64,000 nucleotides of DNA from a virus (IMGVR_UViG_2934377003_000001:1-64000), one strand, 5' to 3'. Shown: positions 7,897 through 19,100, counted from the stretch's first letter. The notes: a model not told the origin generated them from the sequence alone. Numbers and translations: made by a program.

Positions 7897-10553
7897 CAGC
7901 CGGCCACCAAAGGCAGCAGCACGTCGGCCATCGCCGCGAAGCCGGCGTCCGACAAGTGCACGCTGTCCGTGCCCGCCGCTCCCGTACCGGCGTTCGTCCC
8001 CCAGTAGCCGAGGCTGTTCCAGTACTGCCAGGAGTTGCGGCCGATCGTCCACCAGTCGACGAACGCGCACCCGTAGGCCTCCGCCAGGGCCCGCCCGCGG
8101 ATCGCATAGTCCTGGTACTTGAAGTTCGTGACGTCGTGCGTGCCGAGATGTGGCAGGGCCAGGATGATGTCGCAGTCTCCGACGGCCGCGCCCGTGTCCT
8201 TGACGGCCTTCATCCACTTCGCGACGTTCGCCACCCACGCGTCGCCCGTCGTGTTCGCCGCAGCATCGTTGGGGCCCGCCGTGTAGATGACGAGGTCGCC
8301 GGGGAAGTCGACACCGCCGTTCCACGTCGCGTTCAGGGCCGTCGTCGCATTGTTCCCGAAGGTCTCACTGCGCGCGCCGGCGAGCGCCAGGTTGTGGACG
8401 ACAACGCCCGTCGCGTTCTCGCCGGAGACGCCGCAGACGCTGACGTACTGGCCGGCCGTCGCGGTGCCGACCTTCACGACGACCGTGTGCGTGGTGTTGC
8501 TCAGACCGGTCACGGTGGTGACCTGGATCGCTGCCGTCCCCGCTGGCTGAGTGACGGTGACGTCCGCGCCGCCGTCGATGCTGTAGAGCATCGGGGCGCG
8601 GGTGCTGCCGCCGATCACCGTGTAAATCTTGACGCTCGTCCCGCGGGCCTTGAACGTCAGAGTGCTGCCGGTCGTCTCGGAGTAGAGGTAGTTCACCCCA
8701 GGCCCGTACTTGGATCCGCCCTGCGACCACGTGCCCGTCTGTGTGACGACGGCGCCCGCCGTGGTCCACGCCGCGAGCGCCGCCGCGTCGCCGGAGGCGA
8801 GGATCGTCGACGACAGAGACGTCTGCTGCAAGCCGCTGCCGCCGTCGCCGTACACGCCCTGCAGAGTCGTGGCGAGCTGGCCCGGCCAGGACTTGGTGCG
8901 CGGATTGGAGGCGTACATGCCCTGCGTCGCGGAGCCGCCCAGCGTCACGATCCTTGCCAGCCCGCTGCCTGCCGCCTCGCGCTTCGCCCGCCAGAACCGC
9001 CCCCACCCGGACGGCGCGTAGATGCCGAGGTCGCCGCCGGGGCGGGGGCGGGTGCGTCGGGCCGTCGAGGTCGTCGCCCCCACGGTGGTGAGGACGCCGT
9101 CGCCGAGAGACACGCTGCCGTTGGTGCCGTCGTCGAAGAGGCCCGCAGATGCGGCGTGAAGGGTGGCGCTGCCAAGGACGACGGTGGTTGATCCGGACAG
9201 GCGGGCCCCGTACTGGGGTGAGTTGGTTGAGCCTCCGGCGTCGTCGACGCCGGGATAGCAGGAGATGACGTCGGCGACGACAGGCACGGTGGCGCCGATG
9301 ACGGCAAGCCCGGCGTACTGGCCGCCGCCCGCGCCGCCGTTGCGGCCGTCACGCCGGGTGTTGATGTTGGAGAGGGTGATGGGCGTGTTGCCGGTGGCGT
9401 CGATGAGGATGCCGTGCTGGCCGTTGCGGTCGGTGGAGCAGCTGGTCATCTGCATGCCGCCAGAGCCCTGCCAGTCGCCCCAGGCGCCGGTGATGTGGTA
9501 GCCGTGGCTGCCGTTCCATTCGGTGCGGCAGCCGATCAGCTGGGTGTTGGTGCAGTTGGTGAGGACGATGCCCTGTGCCCAGCAGCCGATGACCTGCACG
9601 TCGTCCAGCGTGAGGTCGGTGTTGCCGGTGAACAGGATGCCGTTGGCGTGGCAGTTGTCGATCATGACGTGTCGGAGGCGCCACGAGTACGGGAAGATGC
9701 CACCCGCTTCGCCGGTGACGAGGCCGTTGTTCGGCATCTGCCGCACCGTGAAGTTGTCCATCACGACGTTCTGTACGTTGCCCTTGGCGAACACGCCGTC
9801 GATGCTGCTGCCGGTGAGCTGTGAGCCGTCCAGCATCAAGTTGACGAGGCGCTGCTCGCCGGAGATCGCCGGGTGCTGCCCGTCGTCCTCGCCGATGATC
9901 TCGATGACCGACCCGCCGGTGAAGGGGGCGGTGGGCTGGATGTAGCAGGGGTAGTCGGCGTCCGTCATGCCCGGCCCGACCATCATGTTCGCGTGCGACC
10001 CCACCAGGGAGACGCCGTTCTTCAGGTCGAGGGTCGCGGTCGTCCGGTACACACCCCGCGGCAGGTAGACCACGCCGCCCGGCGCGCACGCGTTGATCGC
10101 GTTCTGCAGTGCGATCGTGTCGTCGGTGGCGCCGTCGCCTTTCGCACCGTGCGTGCTGGCCACGATCCAGTCCAGCTGCGCCGGGAGCTGACCGGGGTCG
10201 ATGGTGCCGGTCTCGTCGAGCTGCGCCCAGCCTCCCGGCGCCCCACCGGACTCGATGAACTCGGCGAGACGCACGCCGGTGTCCACGGCGGTGAGGCAGT
10301 AGCGGCGCCCGTACCCGAAGTCCACGTACAGGCTGGTGGTGTCGTTGTCGGGCCCCATGAAGGCGACCGCGCCGTCCGAGTCTGCGGTCAGGCCTGCGAT
10401 CGGTGTGCCGGCCAGGTCGGTGAGGTCGGTGATCTGCGTGCCGCCGGTACGGGCGGTCCAGGCTGTTCCCGTCGCTCCTGGGCGGAGGAGGAGCTGGTTG
10501 CCGACGCGTTCGGCGGCGTAGTCGGCGGGGCTGCCCCCGAATTGGTGGCGCAT
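7896..10553 (-). CDS. Tailspike/receptor-binding protein with pectate-lyase-like beta-helix and SGNH hydrolase domain
   Basis: GAKGDGATDDTIALQNAI...VYLPRGVY beta-helix cap; SGNH blocks GGSATQG, GARS, GPND, DSVH. Confidence 0.85.
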   Translation of the reverse strand: MRHQFGGSPADYAAERVGNQLLLRPGATGTAWTARTGGTQITDLTDLAGTPIAGLTADSDGAVAFMGPDNDTTSLYVDFGYGRRYCLTAVDTGVRLAEFIESGGAPGGWAQLDETGTIDPGQLPAQLDWIVASTHGAKGDGATDDTIALQNAINACAPGGVVYLPRGVYRTTATLDLKNGVSLVGSHANMMVGPGMTDADYPCYIQPTAPFTGGSVIEIIGEDDGQHPAISGEQRLVNLMLDGSQLTGSSIDGVFAKGNVQNVVMDNFTVRQMPNNGLVTGEAGGIFPYSWRLRHVMIDNCHANGILFTGNTDLTLDDVQVIGCWAQGIVLTNCTNTQLIGCRTEWNGSHGYHITGAWGDWQGSGGMQMTSCSTDRNGQHGILIDATGNTPITLSNINTRRDGRNGGAGGGQYAGLAVIGATVPVVADVISCYPGVDDAGGSTNSPQYGARLSGSTTVVLGSATLHAASAGLFDDGTNGSVSLGDGVLTTVGATTSTARRTRPRPGGDLGIYAPSGWGRFWRAKREAAGSGLARIVTLGGSATQGMYASNPRTKSWPGQLATTLQGVYGDGGSGLQQTSLSSTILASGDAAALAAWTTAGAVVTQTGTWSQGGSKYGPGVNYLYSETTGSTLTFKARGTSVKIYTVIGGSTRAPMLYSIDGGADVTVTQPAGTAAIQVTTVTGLSNTTHTVVVKVGTATAGQYVSVCGVSGENATGVVVHNLALAGARSETFGNNATTALNATWNGGVDFPGDLVIYTAGPNDAAANTTGDAWVANVAKWMKAVKDTGAAVGDCDIILALPHLGTHDVTNFKYQDYAIRGRALAEAYGCAFVDWWTIGRNSWQYWNSLGYWGTNAGTGAAGTDSVHLSDAGFAAMADVLLPLVAG

Positions 10554-10573
10554 CGGAACACTCCAGGTCAGGG

Positions 10574-12925
10574 TCAGGTCTGGGGGACGTTGAGGTTGTC
10601 GAACTCGGAGAAATTCAGCGTTCCGGCGTCGCGGTGGGATTCGAGGGTCACCGACACGTCGGCCGCGCCGGTAATCCAGGCCGGGGTGGCGAGGGTGCGG
10701 CGGGACGTCCACGTGGTGCCGTTGGCGCTGGTCTCCCAGTGGAGGGTTCCGGCGGCTTCGCGGATGCGGACCCAGGCGTGGTCGGTGGGGCTGTAGGTGA
10801 GGGAGACCGCGTCGTTGTCCCAGTAGCCGGTGTTGGAGTTGAAGCGGATCGCGCCGGTCGACGTGTTGATGTTGATGCTGGCCGAGGTGCCCGCCGGCGC
10901 TGCGGCGGACGCGAGTTGGAGGCTGGCGTAGGCATCGCCGACGGCGCCGTTTACCTCGGGCGGATAGATCCGCACGAATGCGGCTGATTCGGCGAGGGTG
11001 TAGGTGCTGCCGGACTTGTAGGCGCAGTAGTCCGGGCCGCAGGGGACGCGGGCGCGTCCGCCGACTTCGGTGACGGCGGGGTCGCCGTACCGGTCCGGCC
11101 ACAGCCCGGTGTTGATCGTGTTGTCGTCGAAGTTGTCGACGAGTGTCCCCACCAGCGTGCCGCCTCCGCCGCCAGGGTCGGTGACGGTGATCGTCGCATC
11201 CGAGTTGCTGGTGCCCGCCCCGTTGGTGGCCGAGTACCGCAGCAGGTAGGAGCCGATCCGCGCATCCACAGGTGGTGTCGGCCGGTTGAAGCTGTAAGGG
11301 TCGCCGTAGATGGACCAGCTGATGGTTCCGGTCAGGTCGAACTTCCCCGCGCTGATCAGCGGCCGGAACATGCTTGAGCGCCCGTCGGGCTGGTAGTCGC
11401 CCCAGCCAACGAGGACGGCGTCACGAAGGTCGCACAGTTTCGTCAGGTAGGCGCCCTCGGAGCCGCCCTTCGACGGGGCCTTCGACGAGGAGGCGCGGGC
11501 CGCCGCGATGATCCCGCCATAGCTCTCGGAGTCGTTGCCGACGCCGTGGTTGACGAGGATGTCGTAGTGAATGCACAGCCCGAGCGGCCCGACCCCGTCC
11601 GCGAGAGCCTGGACGAGGCAGTCGTCCCAGTACATGGACTTCCGCAGGTCCCGCTGGCACTCCCGGAACACGGGGTCGGTGGTGGCCGCGGTCGCCCACG
11701 CCGTCTGGAACGCCGACCCCAGGTAGGTGGCAGCAGCAGCCGACGCGCCGCTGCCGTAGCCGACCGCCACGCACTGCTGTAGGCCCGTGAGGTACGAAGC
11801 CAGTCCGTTGCCGGGCTTGCGGGCCGTGTACAGCTGGACGAGCTGCAGCATGTCCCCCGACGCCGACACGAACCCGACGATGCCCGCGGTGTAGCCGCGC
11901 TGGTCGCCGATGTCCTCGATGTAGTCGTAGGCCGTCGTCCAGTCCGTCGTGCTGTTCTCGGCCGTCGAGGTCATCTCGAAGGCCATCTCCTGACAGACCG
12001 GCTGCCGGATGTCCGTCGTCCCCGACGGCGACGACCCGGGCGTCCAGGAGAGGGCTGCGGCGGTGCCGATGGTGGTGCCGGCACCCATCGGCCCACTGAT
12101 GATCTTCCACAGGCGTTCGGTGATCGCGCTGCCGTTGGCGGACTCCGTCGCCGTCCGCGAGAACGCCACGTTGGCCGGCGTGGCGGTGCTCGCCCCGGCG
12201 TACACCGTCGGCCGCGACCCGCTGCCTCCTCCCGAGTCCGCACCCGCGGTAACCGCGGTGCTGACGAGGATCCACGACGACACCAGCGTGCTGTACTCGG
12301 CCTCCGCCAGCAGCAGCTGCCCCGCCGGGACCGTGATCGACCGGGACGGGATGGCGCTGGTGAGGAGGTAGCCCACATCGAATGCCGCGGTCCGCTGCTG
12401 GCCGCCTGCCGCGTAGGCGCGGACCTGGTGGACCTGCCGGTCCTGCGCCATTCCGCCCGGCAGTGCAATCGTGGTGGCGCCCGTCATGCTGTACGAGGCC
12501 GCGCCGCGGCCTGGACCCTTCGGCTCGTACAGGGTGTCCGCGGTCTGCCGGGTGAGGAGGCTGCTGCCACCCGCCACCGACAGCACGCCGAGGATCGCGA
12601 GGTCGCCGGTGACGGTTCCGCCGGCCTTGTCGAGCTTCCCGTCGACGGCTTCGCCGAGGTCAGTAGCGACGAGGATGTACTGGCGGCCGTACCCGAAGTC
12701 GACACGCAGAGTGGTGACGTTGTCGGGGCCGTAGAAGAGGACCGCGCCGTCGCTGTCGGCGGTGACGGTCTCGATGGGGTTGCCGGCCGGGTCGGTGAGG
12801 TCCGTGTAGATGTCGTTGGTGGTGGCGGATCGGACGGTGCCGGTGGCGCCGGGGCGGAGGAGGAGTTGCTGGCCGACCTTCTCCATGGCGTAGTCGGCGG
12901 GGGACCCTCCGAACAGGTGCCTCAT
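10574..12925 (-). CDS. Tail-associated protein with GH46 chitosanase domain, Ig/PKD-like domain and C-terminal beta-sandwich
   Basis: TSTAENSTTDW...YIEDIGDQRGYTAGIVGF matches the GH46 catalytic signature; N-terminus homologous to the tailspike. Confidence 0.85.
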   Translation of the reverse strand: MRHLFGGSPADYAMEKVGQQLLLRPGATGTVRSATTNDIYTDLTDPAGNPIETVTADSDGAVLFYGPDNVTTLRVDFGYGRQYILVATDLGEAVDGKLDKAGGTVTGDLAILGVLSVAGGSSLLTRQTADTLYEPKGPGRGAASYSMTGATTIALPGGMAQDRQVHQVRAYAAGGQQRTAAFDVGYLLTSAIPSRSITVPAGQLLLAEAEYSTLVSSWILVSTAVTAGADSGGGSGSRPTVYAGASTATPANVAFSRTATESANGSAITERLWKIISGPMGAGTTIGTAAALSWTPGSSPSGTTDIRQPVCQEMAFEMTSTAENSTTDWTTAYDYIEDIGDQRGYTAGIVGFVSASGDMLQLVQLYTARKPGNGLASYLTGLQQCVAVGYGSGASAAAATYLGSAFQTAWATAATTDPVFRECQRDLRKSMYWDDCLVQALADGVGPLGLCIHYDILVNHGVGNDSESYGGIIAAARASSSKAPSKGGSEGAYLTKLCDLRDAVLVGWGDYQPDGRSSMFRPLISAGKFDLTGTISWSIYGDPYSFNRPTPPVDARIGSYLLRYSATNGAGTSNSDATITVTDPGGGGGTLVGTLVDNFDDNTINTGLWPDRYGDPAVTEVGGRARVPCGPDYCAYKSGSTYTLAESAAFVRIYPPEVNGAVGDAYASLQLASAAAPAGTSASININTSTGAIRFNSNTGYWDNDAVSLTYSPTDHAWVRIREAAGTLHWETSANGTTWTSRRTLATPAWITGAADVSVTLESHRDAGTLNFSEFDNLNVPQT

Positions 12926-12974
12926 CGAAACGCTCCAGGGCGAGGAGGGGCAGGGGGCGTCTGGGGTGCGGCCA

Positions 12975-13988
12975 TCACGGGGTCCAGTAGGAGCCGTCGA
13001 TGGTGAGGATGTCGCCCGAGCGGATGTTGTACGGGAAGTTCGTGCGGAGGCTGAACCCGCCGGGTACCGAGCTGGTGGTGTTGCCGTTCGATGTGGGGTA
13101 GATCAGGCGGGCGATGCGAGTCGGGGACACCGTGGGGAACACGACGCCCGCGCCGGTGGCCTGGCCTTCGCCGTTGTTGGACTCCAGCAGCCACGTGAAG
13201 ATCGCCCGGTGAGTGCTGTGGGCGGGCAGGCCCGGCGGCAGCGTCACCTGGATCGGGTCAGGGAACCCGGCAGGGTTGCCGGACACCTGCAGTTGGATGG
13301 TCAGGTCCACGCGTCGCCCGACGACCTGGTAGTGGCCGACGTTGACGGATGCCGCGCCCCAGCCCAGGCCCCACTCCCCCGCGGACCAGACCGGCGTGTA
13401 CCAGGACTCCTGCACCCCGACCCCCGCCAGCCACCGCCAGGCCGCGCCGTCGCCGACGTGGAGCTGCCCGTCTTCGATCAGGAGCTGGTTCTTCACCGCG
13501 GGCGGGCGAGCCCCCGCGACGGCTGGCAGGACAGCGCGCCCGGTGAGGTAGCGGCGGTCGACCGTGTTGGCGGCGGTCACCACACTCGACCCCGCGGACA
13601 CCGTGCACTGGGCGAGGGGGATCTCCCACACCCCGTCCTCGACCTGGGTGAGCGTCGGCGCGGTCGTGCCGCCCGTCTTGTACTCGGCCGTGACCTTCTT
13701 CGCGGCCATGTCCGCGCGCAGCACCACCAGATCCACGCGCGCCGCGCCCCCCGCGTTGGCGGTCACGGTCAGGGTCTTCGCCGCGTCGAGGTAGTAGTAG
13801 AAGCCGTTCACGAACGCGTGCCCCGGCCCGACGGTCACGGTGGTGGTCGCTGACCCGGTGACCTTCAGCGCCGTCGATGTGGGGTCTTGGGCGTGGACGC
13901 CGTCCAGACCCCAGCGGCGCGCCACACGCGACCACTGGACTTGGGTGGTGATCGGGGAGCCGTCGAACGGCGCGGAGAACTCAGCCAT
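12975..13988 (-). CDS. Minor tail/baseplate protein
   Basis: VGPGHAFVNGFYY...RVDLVVLR...WEIPLA pattern and position in the tail operon. Confidence 0.75.
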   Translation of the reverse strand: MAEFSAPFDGSPITTQVQWSRVARRWGLDGVHAQDPTSTALKVTGSATTTVTVGPGHAFVNGFYYYLDAAKTLTVTANAGGAARVDLVVLRADMAAKKVTAEYKTGGTTAPTLTQVEDGVWEIPLAQCTVSAGSSVVTAANTVDRRYLTGRAVLPAVAGARPPAVKNQLLIEDGQLHVGDGAAWRWLAGVGVQESWYTPVWSAGEWGLGWGAASVNVGHYQVVGRRVDLTIQLQVSGNPAGFPDPIQVTLPPGLPAHSTHRAIFTWLLESNNGEGQATGAGVVFPTVSPTRIARLIYPTSNGNTTSSVPGGFSLRTNFPYNIRSGDILTIDGSYWTP

Positions 13989-13990
13989 GG

Positions 13991-15166
13991 TCAGGCCGCC
14001 TTCCTGGTCTTGACGCGCCCGACGTCCTTCTTGATCTGGGCGATGTACGAGTAGATGCGGGCGACGACACTTTCGCCGGTGCTGTCCCCGCCGACCGTCG
14101 CCTTCACCGACGAGCCCGCGGTGGAGCTGGTGAGGGTGACCTCCCGGCAGACGTCCGTGTACCAACTGCCGCCCCGCAGCTGGGCGCTGACGGTGTCGCC
14201 GACGTTGTAGTCCCGGCCATAACGCAGGAGCGGCAGATCCACGGGGCTGATCGACAGCGAGCCCTGTCCGGCACCGCGGGTAAGGGCCTCCTCGGCGGCC
14301 TGGTCCATCTGCGCGACGAGGTCGACGGAGGCGGAGTCCACGGACGTCTGGTCGACGAACTGCTCCAACACGAGGTCGGGGAAGAGGGGGTCGACGCGGT
14401 CGTAGGTCTTGCAGATGCGGGGGCTGGTGCCGCCGCCTGCGACGACGATCGCGCGGGTGCAGGTGGGCGGGGTGGTCGTGTAGTTGGCGTCGGTGAGGTT
14501 GCCCAGGCCGAAGGAGAAACGGGCTGTGCGGGACAGGTCGGCGGGCTCGAACACCTGGAACTGCAGGCCGCTCCCGACCTGGACGACGCGGAAACCCAGC
14601 CCGGCGGCCTCGGCGACGTCCTGCAGCACGGTGAGGAGGTTGTCGAACTGGTTGACCTCCCGCACCAGGGCTGGCCCGTGGGCGCCGTTCGCGGCGAGGG
14701 TGAGCAGCGGGTTCCGGCGCGACGACAGGGCACCCGGCCCGACGTTGAGGTTGACCAGGTTCCGCATGCCGGTCTCGGCGGCAGCCACGTCGATCTTGTA
14801 CACGGATGCCGACTGCGAGCCGATCACCGCCGTCGGCGACGGCCAGCACGTGTACCGGGCCAGCAGCTCGTCATCGGAGACCGCGCCGACGGTGAGCTTC
14901 CCGCCGCCGGCGTCCGACTCCGACCGCGACCAGTCGACCGTGCGGATCGGCCCGGACATGACCGTGTCGCCGTCCATGGTCTTCACGATCAGCCCGTTGC
15001 CCTCGGCGAGCAGCGGCGTCATCGGGGAGTCCGCGGCGATCTCCATCGTCATGGCGCCGATCGCGTTGTGGCGGGGCACGACGGTGAGCTGGGTGTAGTC
15101 GGCGACCTGCCCGATCCGCTCCAGTGTCGAGTTCCGCACGTACACGCGCTGCGCAGTGGGGTCCAT
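13991..15166 (-). CDS. Minor tail protein, ReqiPepy6 Gp37-like
   Basis: Position after the distal tail gene; YGRDYNVGDTV motif. Confidence 0.8.
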   Translation of the reverse strand: MDPTAQRVYVRNSTLERIGQVADYTQLTVVPRHNAIGAMTMEIAADSPMTPLLAEGNGLIVKTMDGDTVMSGPIRTVDWSRSESDAGGGKLTVGAVSDDELLARYTCWPSPTAVIGSQSASVYKIDVAAAETGMRNLVNLNVGPGALSSRRNPLLTLAANGAHGPALVREVNQFDNLLTVLQDVAEAAGLGFRVVQVGSGLQFQVFEPADLSRTARFSFGLGNLTDANYTTTPPTCTRAIVVAGGGTSPRICKTYDRVDPLFPDLVLEQFVDQTSVDSASVDLVAQMDQAAEEALTRGAGQGSLSISPVDLPLLRYGRDYNVGDTVSAQLRGGSWYTDVCREVTLTSSTAGSSVKATVGGDSTGESVVARIYSYIAQIKKDVGRVKTRKAA

Positions 15167-15176
15167 GGCCTGCCTC

Positions 15177-16142
15177 CTAGGACGCCAGGTAGCGGGGCTG
15201 GTAGGTCATGGACACGCTCGTCGTGCCGGTGGAGCCGTCGACGATGAGGTTCAGCTGGTTGCGGCCCTCCTCCAGTGGCCACATCACGGATGCGTCCGAC
15301 AGGTCCGGCCACAGGTTGGTGGTGCCGTTGAGGAGGGCGGTCTGGCGGCGTTCGCGGGTGTCGAGGACGATTGTGTCCGTGTCGGTGAGCGTCCGCTCGA
15401 CGGTCAGCTCCCGCACCGCGCTCTCGCCTGTGGCGAAGTCGGTGACCGTGTTGGTGAGGGTGATGCCGGTGGCGGGTCCGTGGATCGTCCACACCGGGTA
15501 GGCGACGTCATCCCCGAGATTGTCGACGGTGACTTCACCGAGGACTTGGGAGTCGCCGACAACGAGCGGCAGCAGCGGAAAAAACTCGTCGTCGCTGCCG
15601 GCCTTCCAGCTTTGGGTGACGGGCTCGCCGACCCAGTACGGGGAGGGCACGCCGAAGGTGAGGGCGTTGATGCACCAGCGCTCGCCCGCGGCGTCGAGAC
15701 TCTCGTCGCCTTCGAGGCCGCTCGTGTAGTAGGCGCCGATGGAGCGGGTCGCGCCGTCAGGCTCGGTCAGGGTGAGCGTGCCGACGCCGCGCTTCGGATT
15801 CAGGCTGTTGATGAGGGCCCGGCGGCGCGCCTTGTACGCCTGCCTGCTGTCATTGGCCCAGAACGCGATCGGCAGGATGATCTGCTTGCCCTGGGCTCGG
15901 ATGTCGCGGACTTCGTAGCCGTCGATGCCCGGCGACTCGTCGGTGGCGACCTGGTATTCGGGCATGTCGAGGCCCTTGGCGCCGGGCTGGAGGAGCCAGC
16001 CGCGTTCCCAGTCGGAGAAGAGCGTCGTCACACCGCGCGGGTCCGTGAAGCTGACCCGCGGCATCCAGTTGATGCGTGTCGGCCAGCCCGGGCCCTCCTG
16101 CTCGCCGGGCGGGACTGCCTGTGACGGGACGAGGATCGGCAT
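15177..16142 (-). CDS. Distal tail protein
   Basis: Follows the tape measure gene; NLGDDVAYPVWTIHGP and WPLEEGRN motifs. Confidence 0.8.
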   Translation of the reverse strand: MPILVPSQAVPPGEQEGPGWPTRINWMPRVSFTDPRGVTTLFSDWERGWLLQPGAKGLDMPEYQVATDESPGIDGYEVRDIRAQGKQIILPIAFWANDSRQAYKARRRALINSLNPKRGVGTLTLTEPDGATRSIGAYYTSGLEGDESLDAAGERWCINALTFGVPSPYWVGEPVTQSWKAGSDDEFFPLLPLVVGDSQVLGEVTVDNLGDDVAYPVWTIHGPATGITLTNTVTDFATGESAVRELTVERTLTDTDTIVLDTRERRQTALLNGTTNLWPDLSDASVMWPLEEGRNQLNLIVDGSTGTTSVSMTYQPRYLAS

Positions 16143-19100
16143 TACTGCATCACCACCGGTCGGTTGAGCATCTCGTCAGTGGCGAGCGCATCGAGGACGC
16201 TCTTGCGGGAGGCGACCTCGCGGACGAGGGCGCTGTAGTGTAGATGCCGGTCGCCGCCGTAGCGGATGGCCTGGCTGTTCTGCACCCGGGCCGACGTTGC
16301 GGAGGCGGTGGCCCGCACCGTGCCGGCCATCCGCAGCGCCGCCGCTTCCACGTCGGGTACGGTCCGCTCCACACCGCGGGCGTAGCCGAGTCCGGTGAAC
16401 CGGCCGAGGGCCTCGAGGACCCGCGACGGGGACTTGATCTTCAAAGCCTTCTTGATCGACGCCTGGATGGCCTTCGCCATCTGCGCCATCTGCGCCTCGA
16501 TCGCCTTCTGCTGCGACGCAAGCCCAGTCAGGTAGCCCTTGCCGGAGTCGGCGCCGGCGTCGTACATGGCGTCCGCCGCGTCCTTCCCGAACGCGGATGT
16601 GGCCGTGCTGATCGCGGACTGGGCGGCGTTGATGTCCTTCAGCTGTGCGGGCGTCGCGTCGACGAGAGCTTGGGCGTAGGCGGCGCCCTGCTCGGGTCCG
16701 GCGGTGATGATCTGCTGGAGGAGCGTCTTGTTGAGGCCGCGGGTGGCGAGGGCCTTCAGGTTGGCGCCGAACTTCTTCAGCTGCCCGAGCCGGGTGTTGA
16801 GCCCGGCGAGGATCCCGCTCGCGTCGAACGTGTTGCCGCCGTTGGGCAGCCCGGTCATGGAGGTGTAGCTGACGGCCTGCTCGGTGGATGCTTTGGCGAG
16901 TTCGTTGGCGGCGGTGATTTTCGCGGCGATGTCGTCGCGCTGCTTCGACAGGGCCTGGAGCTTCTTGTTGCTGTCGGCGATCTGCTTCAGCAGCTTGTCG
17001 TCGAGGCTGGTCTTCACGCCCTTGAACGCGGCCTTGACCGCGTTGGCGACCTTGGTCATGGCCGTGTTGATGGACGTTGCCGTTCCGGCGAGGGCCTTGA
17101 GGAAGTCCGCACCGACCGCGTTCTTGATGGCGTTGGTGTTGACGTTCTTCCCGCCGACCCGGATCACGCCGCCGCTCGCGTAGCCGCGGGGCAGGCCGCG
17201 GCGGACACCGACCATGCCGCCGAGGGCATAGCCGCCGGGCCGGTTGTACGCCTTCGCCAGGCTGCCGTAGCGGGCGAGGGCGTACCGCATCGACGCGTAG
17301 ATGTTCGCCGTCGGGTCGGTCGACACCCCGTACATGAACGGGCCGGTCCGCTTGTACTTCCCGGCGTAGGCGGCGAACGTGCCCTTGATGACCTGCATGA
17401 GGCCGACAGACGGAGTGCCGTTCTGCCAGTTGATGTCGTTCCGGTTGACGGCCTTGGGGTTGCCGCCGGACTCCTGGTTCATGCGGCGCAGCGTCGTGTT
17501 CGTCAGCGACAGGGACTGCTTGACCTGCCCCAGCACCTGCTGCACCACGCCCGTCCACCGCTTCACGCCGGTGCCGCCGACGTCGCCGCCGGACAGGTAC
17601 TTCATGGGGTCGACGGTCTTGCCGCTGACGCGGGCCTCGAGGTGGAGGTGCGGGCCGGTGACGTTGCCGGTGGCGCCGACCGAGCCGATGCGGGCGCCCT
17701 GCTTGATGCCCTGCCCGGCCTTGGCGGCCATCGCGGACATGTGCGCGTACAGGCTGGTGAGGCCGCCGCCGTGGTTGACGGTGATGTGCTTGCCGTAGGG
17801 GCCGCCGGACTGGGCCTTGGCGACGGTGCCGTTGTCGACCGCCACGATCTTCGTGCCGGTCTTTGCGGGGAAGTCCAGGCCGGTGTGGTAACCCGAGGAC
17901 CACATCGACCCCTTCTTCCCGAACGGGGTGCCGTAGGGCGCGTTGACGGGCTTGATCCAGGCGCCGGACGACTCGGGGATGTCCTTGCCGCGGATGTAGT
18001 CGATCGCCTTGTCGATCAGGTTCAGTGGGGCGCCTGCGATGGCGCCGGGCCAGCCGGACTTGTTCTTGCCCAGGGCCTTGGTGATGCCGGACTTGACGGG
18101 CTTGAACGCTTTCGCGGCCAGGTCGGCGAGGCCGCCGCGGACAGCATCCTTGCCCTTGTTGAGGGCGTCGCCGACGCTCGACGCGATGCTGGAGCCGACC
18201 GACTTGATACCGCCGAGGATGCCGCCCTCGGCGAAGCCGCGGAACGGGGCCAGCGAGCGGCCGGCCATGGCGGCGGCGTTCACCGCGTGGAGGCGGGCCT
18301 GCTCGTAGGGGTCGCGCATGGCTTCGGAGACGTAGACGCCTTCGCCGCGGCGCATGGGGACGAGCTGGTCGTCACCGTCGCGCCACGTGGACCATCCGGG
18401 GAGGATCCCGCCGCGGGCGAAGCCCTTCGGCATCGCCATCTTCTTCAGGTCCGGGACGCCGGGGATCTTCGCGGCGGTGGCGTTCCACACGCCGACCACG
18501 CCACGGTTGAAAACCGTCTCGATCCAGAAGCGGATGGGGGCCTTCACCAACTCCTGGAGGCCCTTCCAGGCCACACCAAGGCCCTTCACGGCGTACTTGA
18601 AGCTGCTGGTCAGGCTGCTCGCGAACTTGTCCCAGCCCTCCCGCACGAGCGACCACGACCGGGAAGCGATGGCCCTGACACTGCCCCAGAAGGCGTCCCA
18701 GACGGCCGTTGCGCCGGTCTTGAGGGCGCGGAAGCCGGCGAGGACGCCGTCCTTGATGCCCTTGACGACGGCGACGAGCCACGTCCACATCAACTTGAAC
18801 CAGTAGGTGGCCCCGTTGACGATGTCCGGGATGATGCTGTGCCCGAGGAGCTTGTCCCACAGCCAGTAGAAGCCGTCGTAGACGACTTTGACGCCCTTGG
18901 TCAGGACGTTCACGAACCACGTGATTCCGCCGATGACCTTCGTCAGGATCGGCACGAGGTAGCCGACCGCTGCGCCGAGGCCCTTCATCATCAGGGTGAA
19001 GAGCGGGATCAGCGGCGTGATGGCCTGCAAGCCCAGGGTGATCAGCGCAAGGGCCAGTTGCGTCAGCGGAGGCAGCAGCGGGAACAGTGCCTGCAGCAGC

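Noticed and set aside
10554-11102. N-terminal extension of the tailspike ORF
   Set aside because: Overlaps the upstream gene; the start at 10553 is supported by an RBS and homology to the paralogue
7896-12925. Gin/Cin-type invertible tail fibre cassette or diversity-generating retroelement
   Set aside because: Both genes are on one strand, no flanking inverted repeats seen, no reverse transcriptase or template/variable repeat pair
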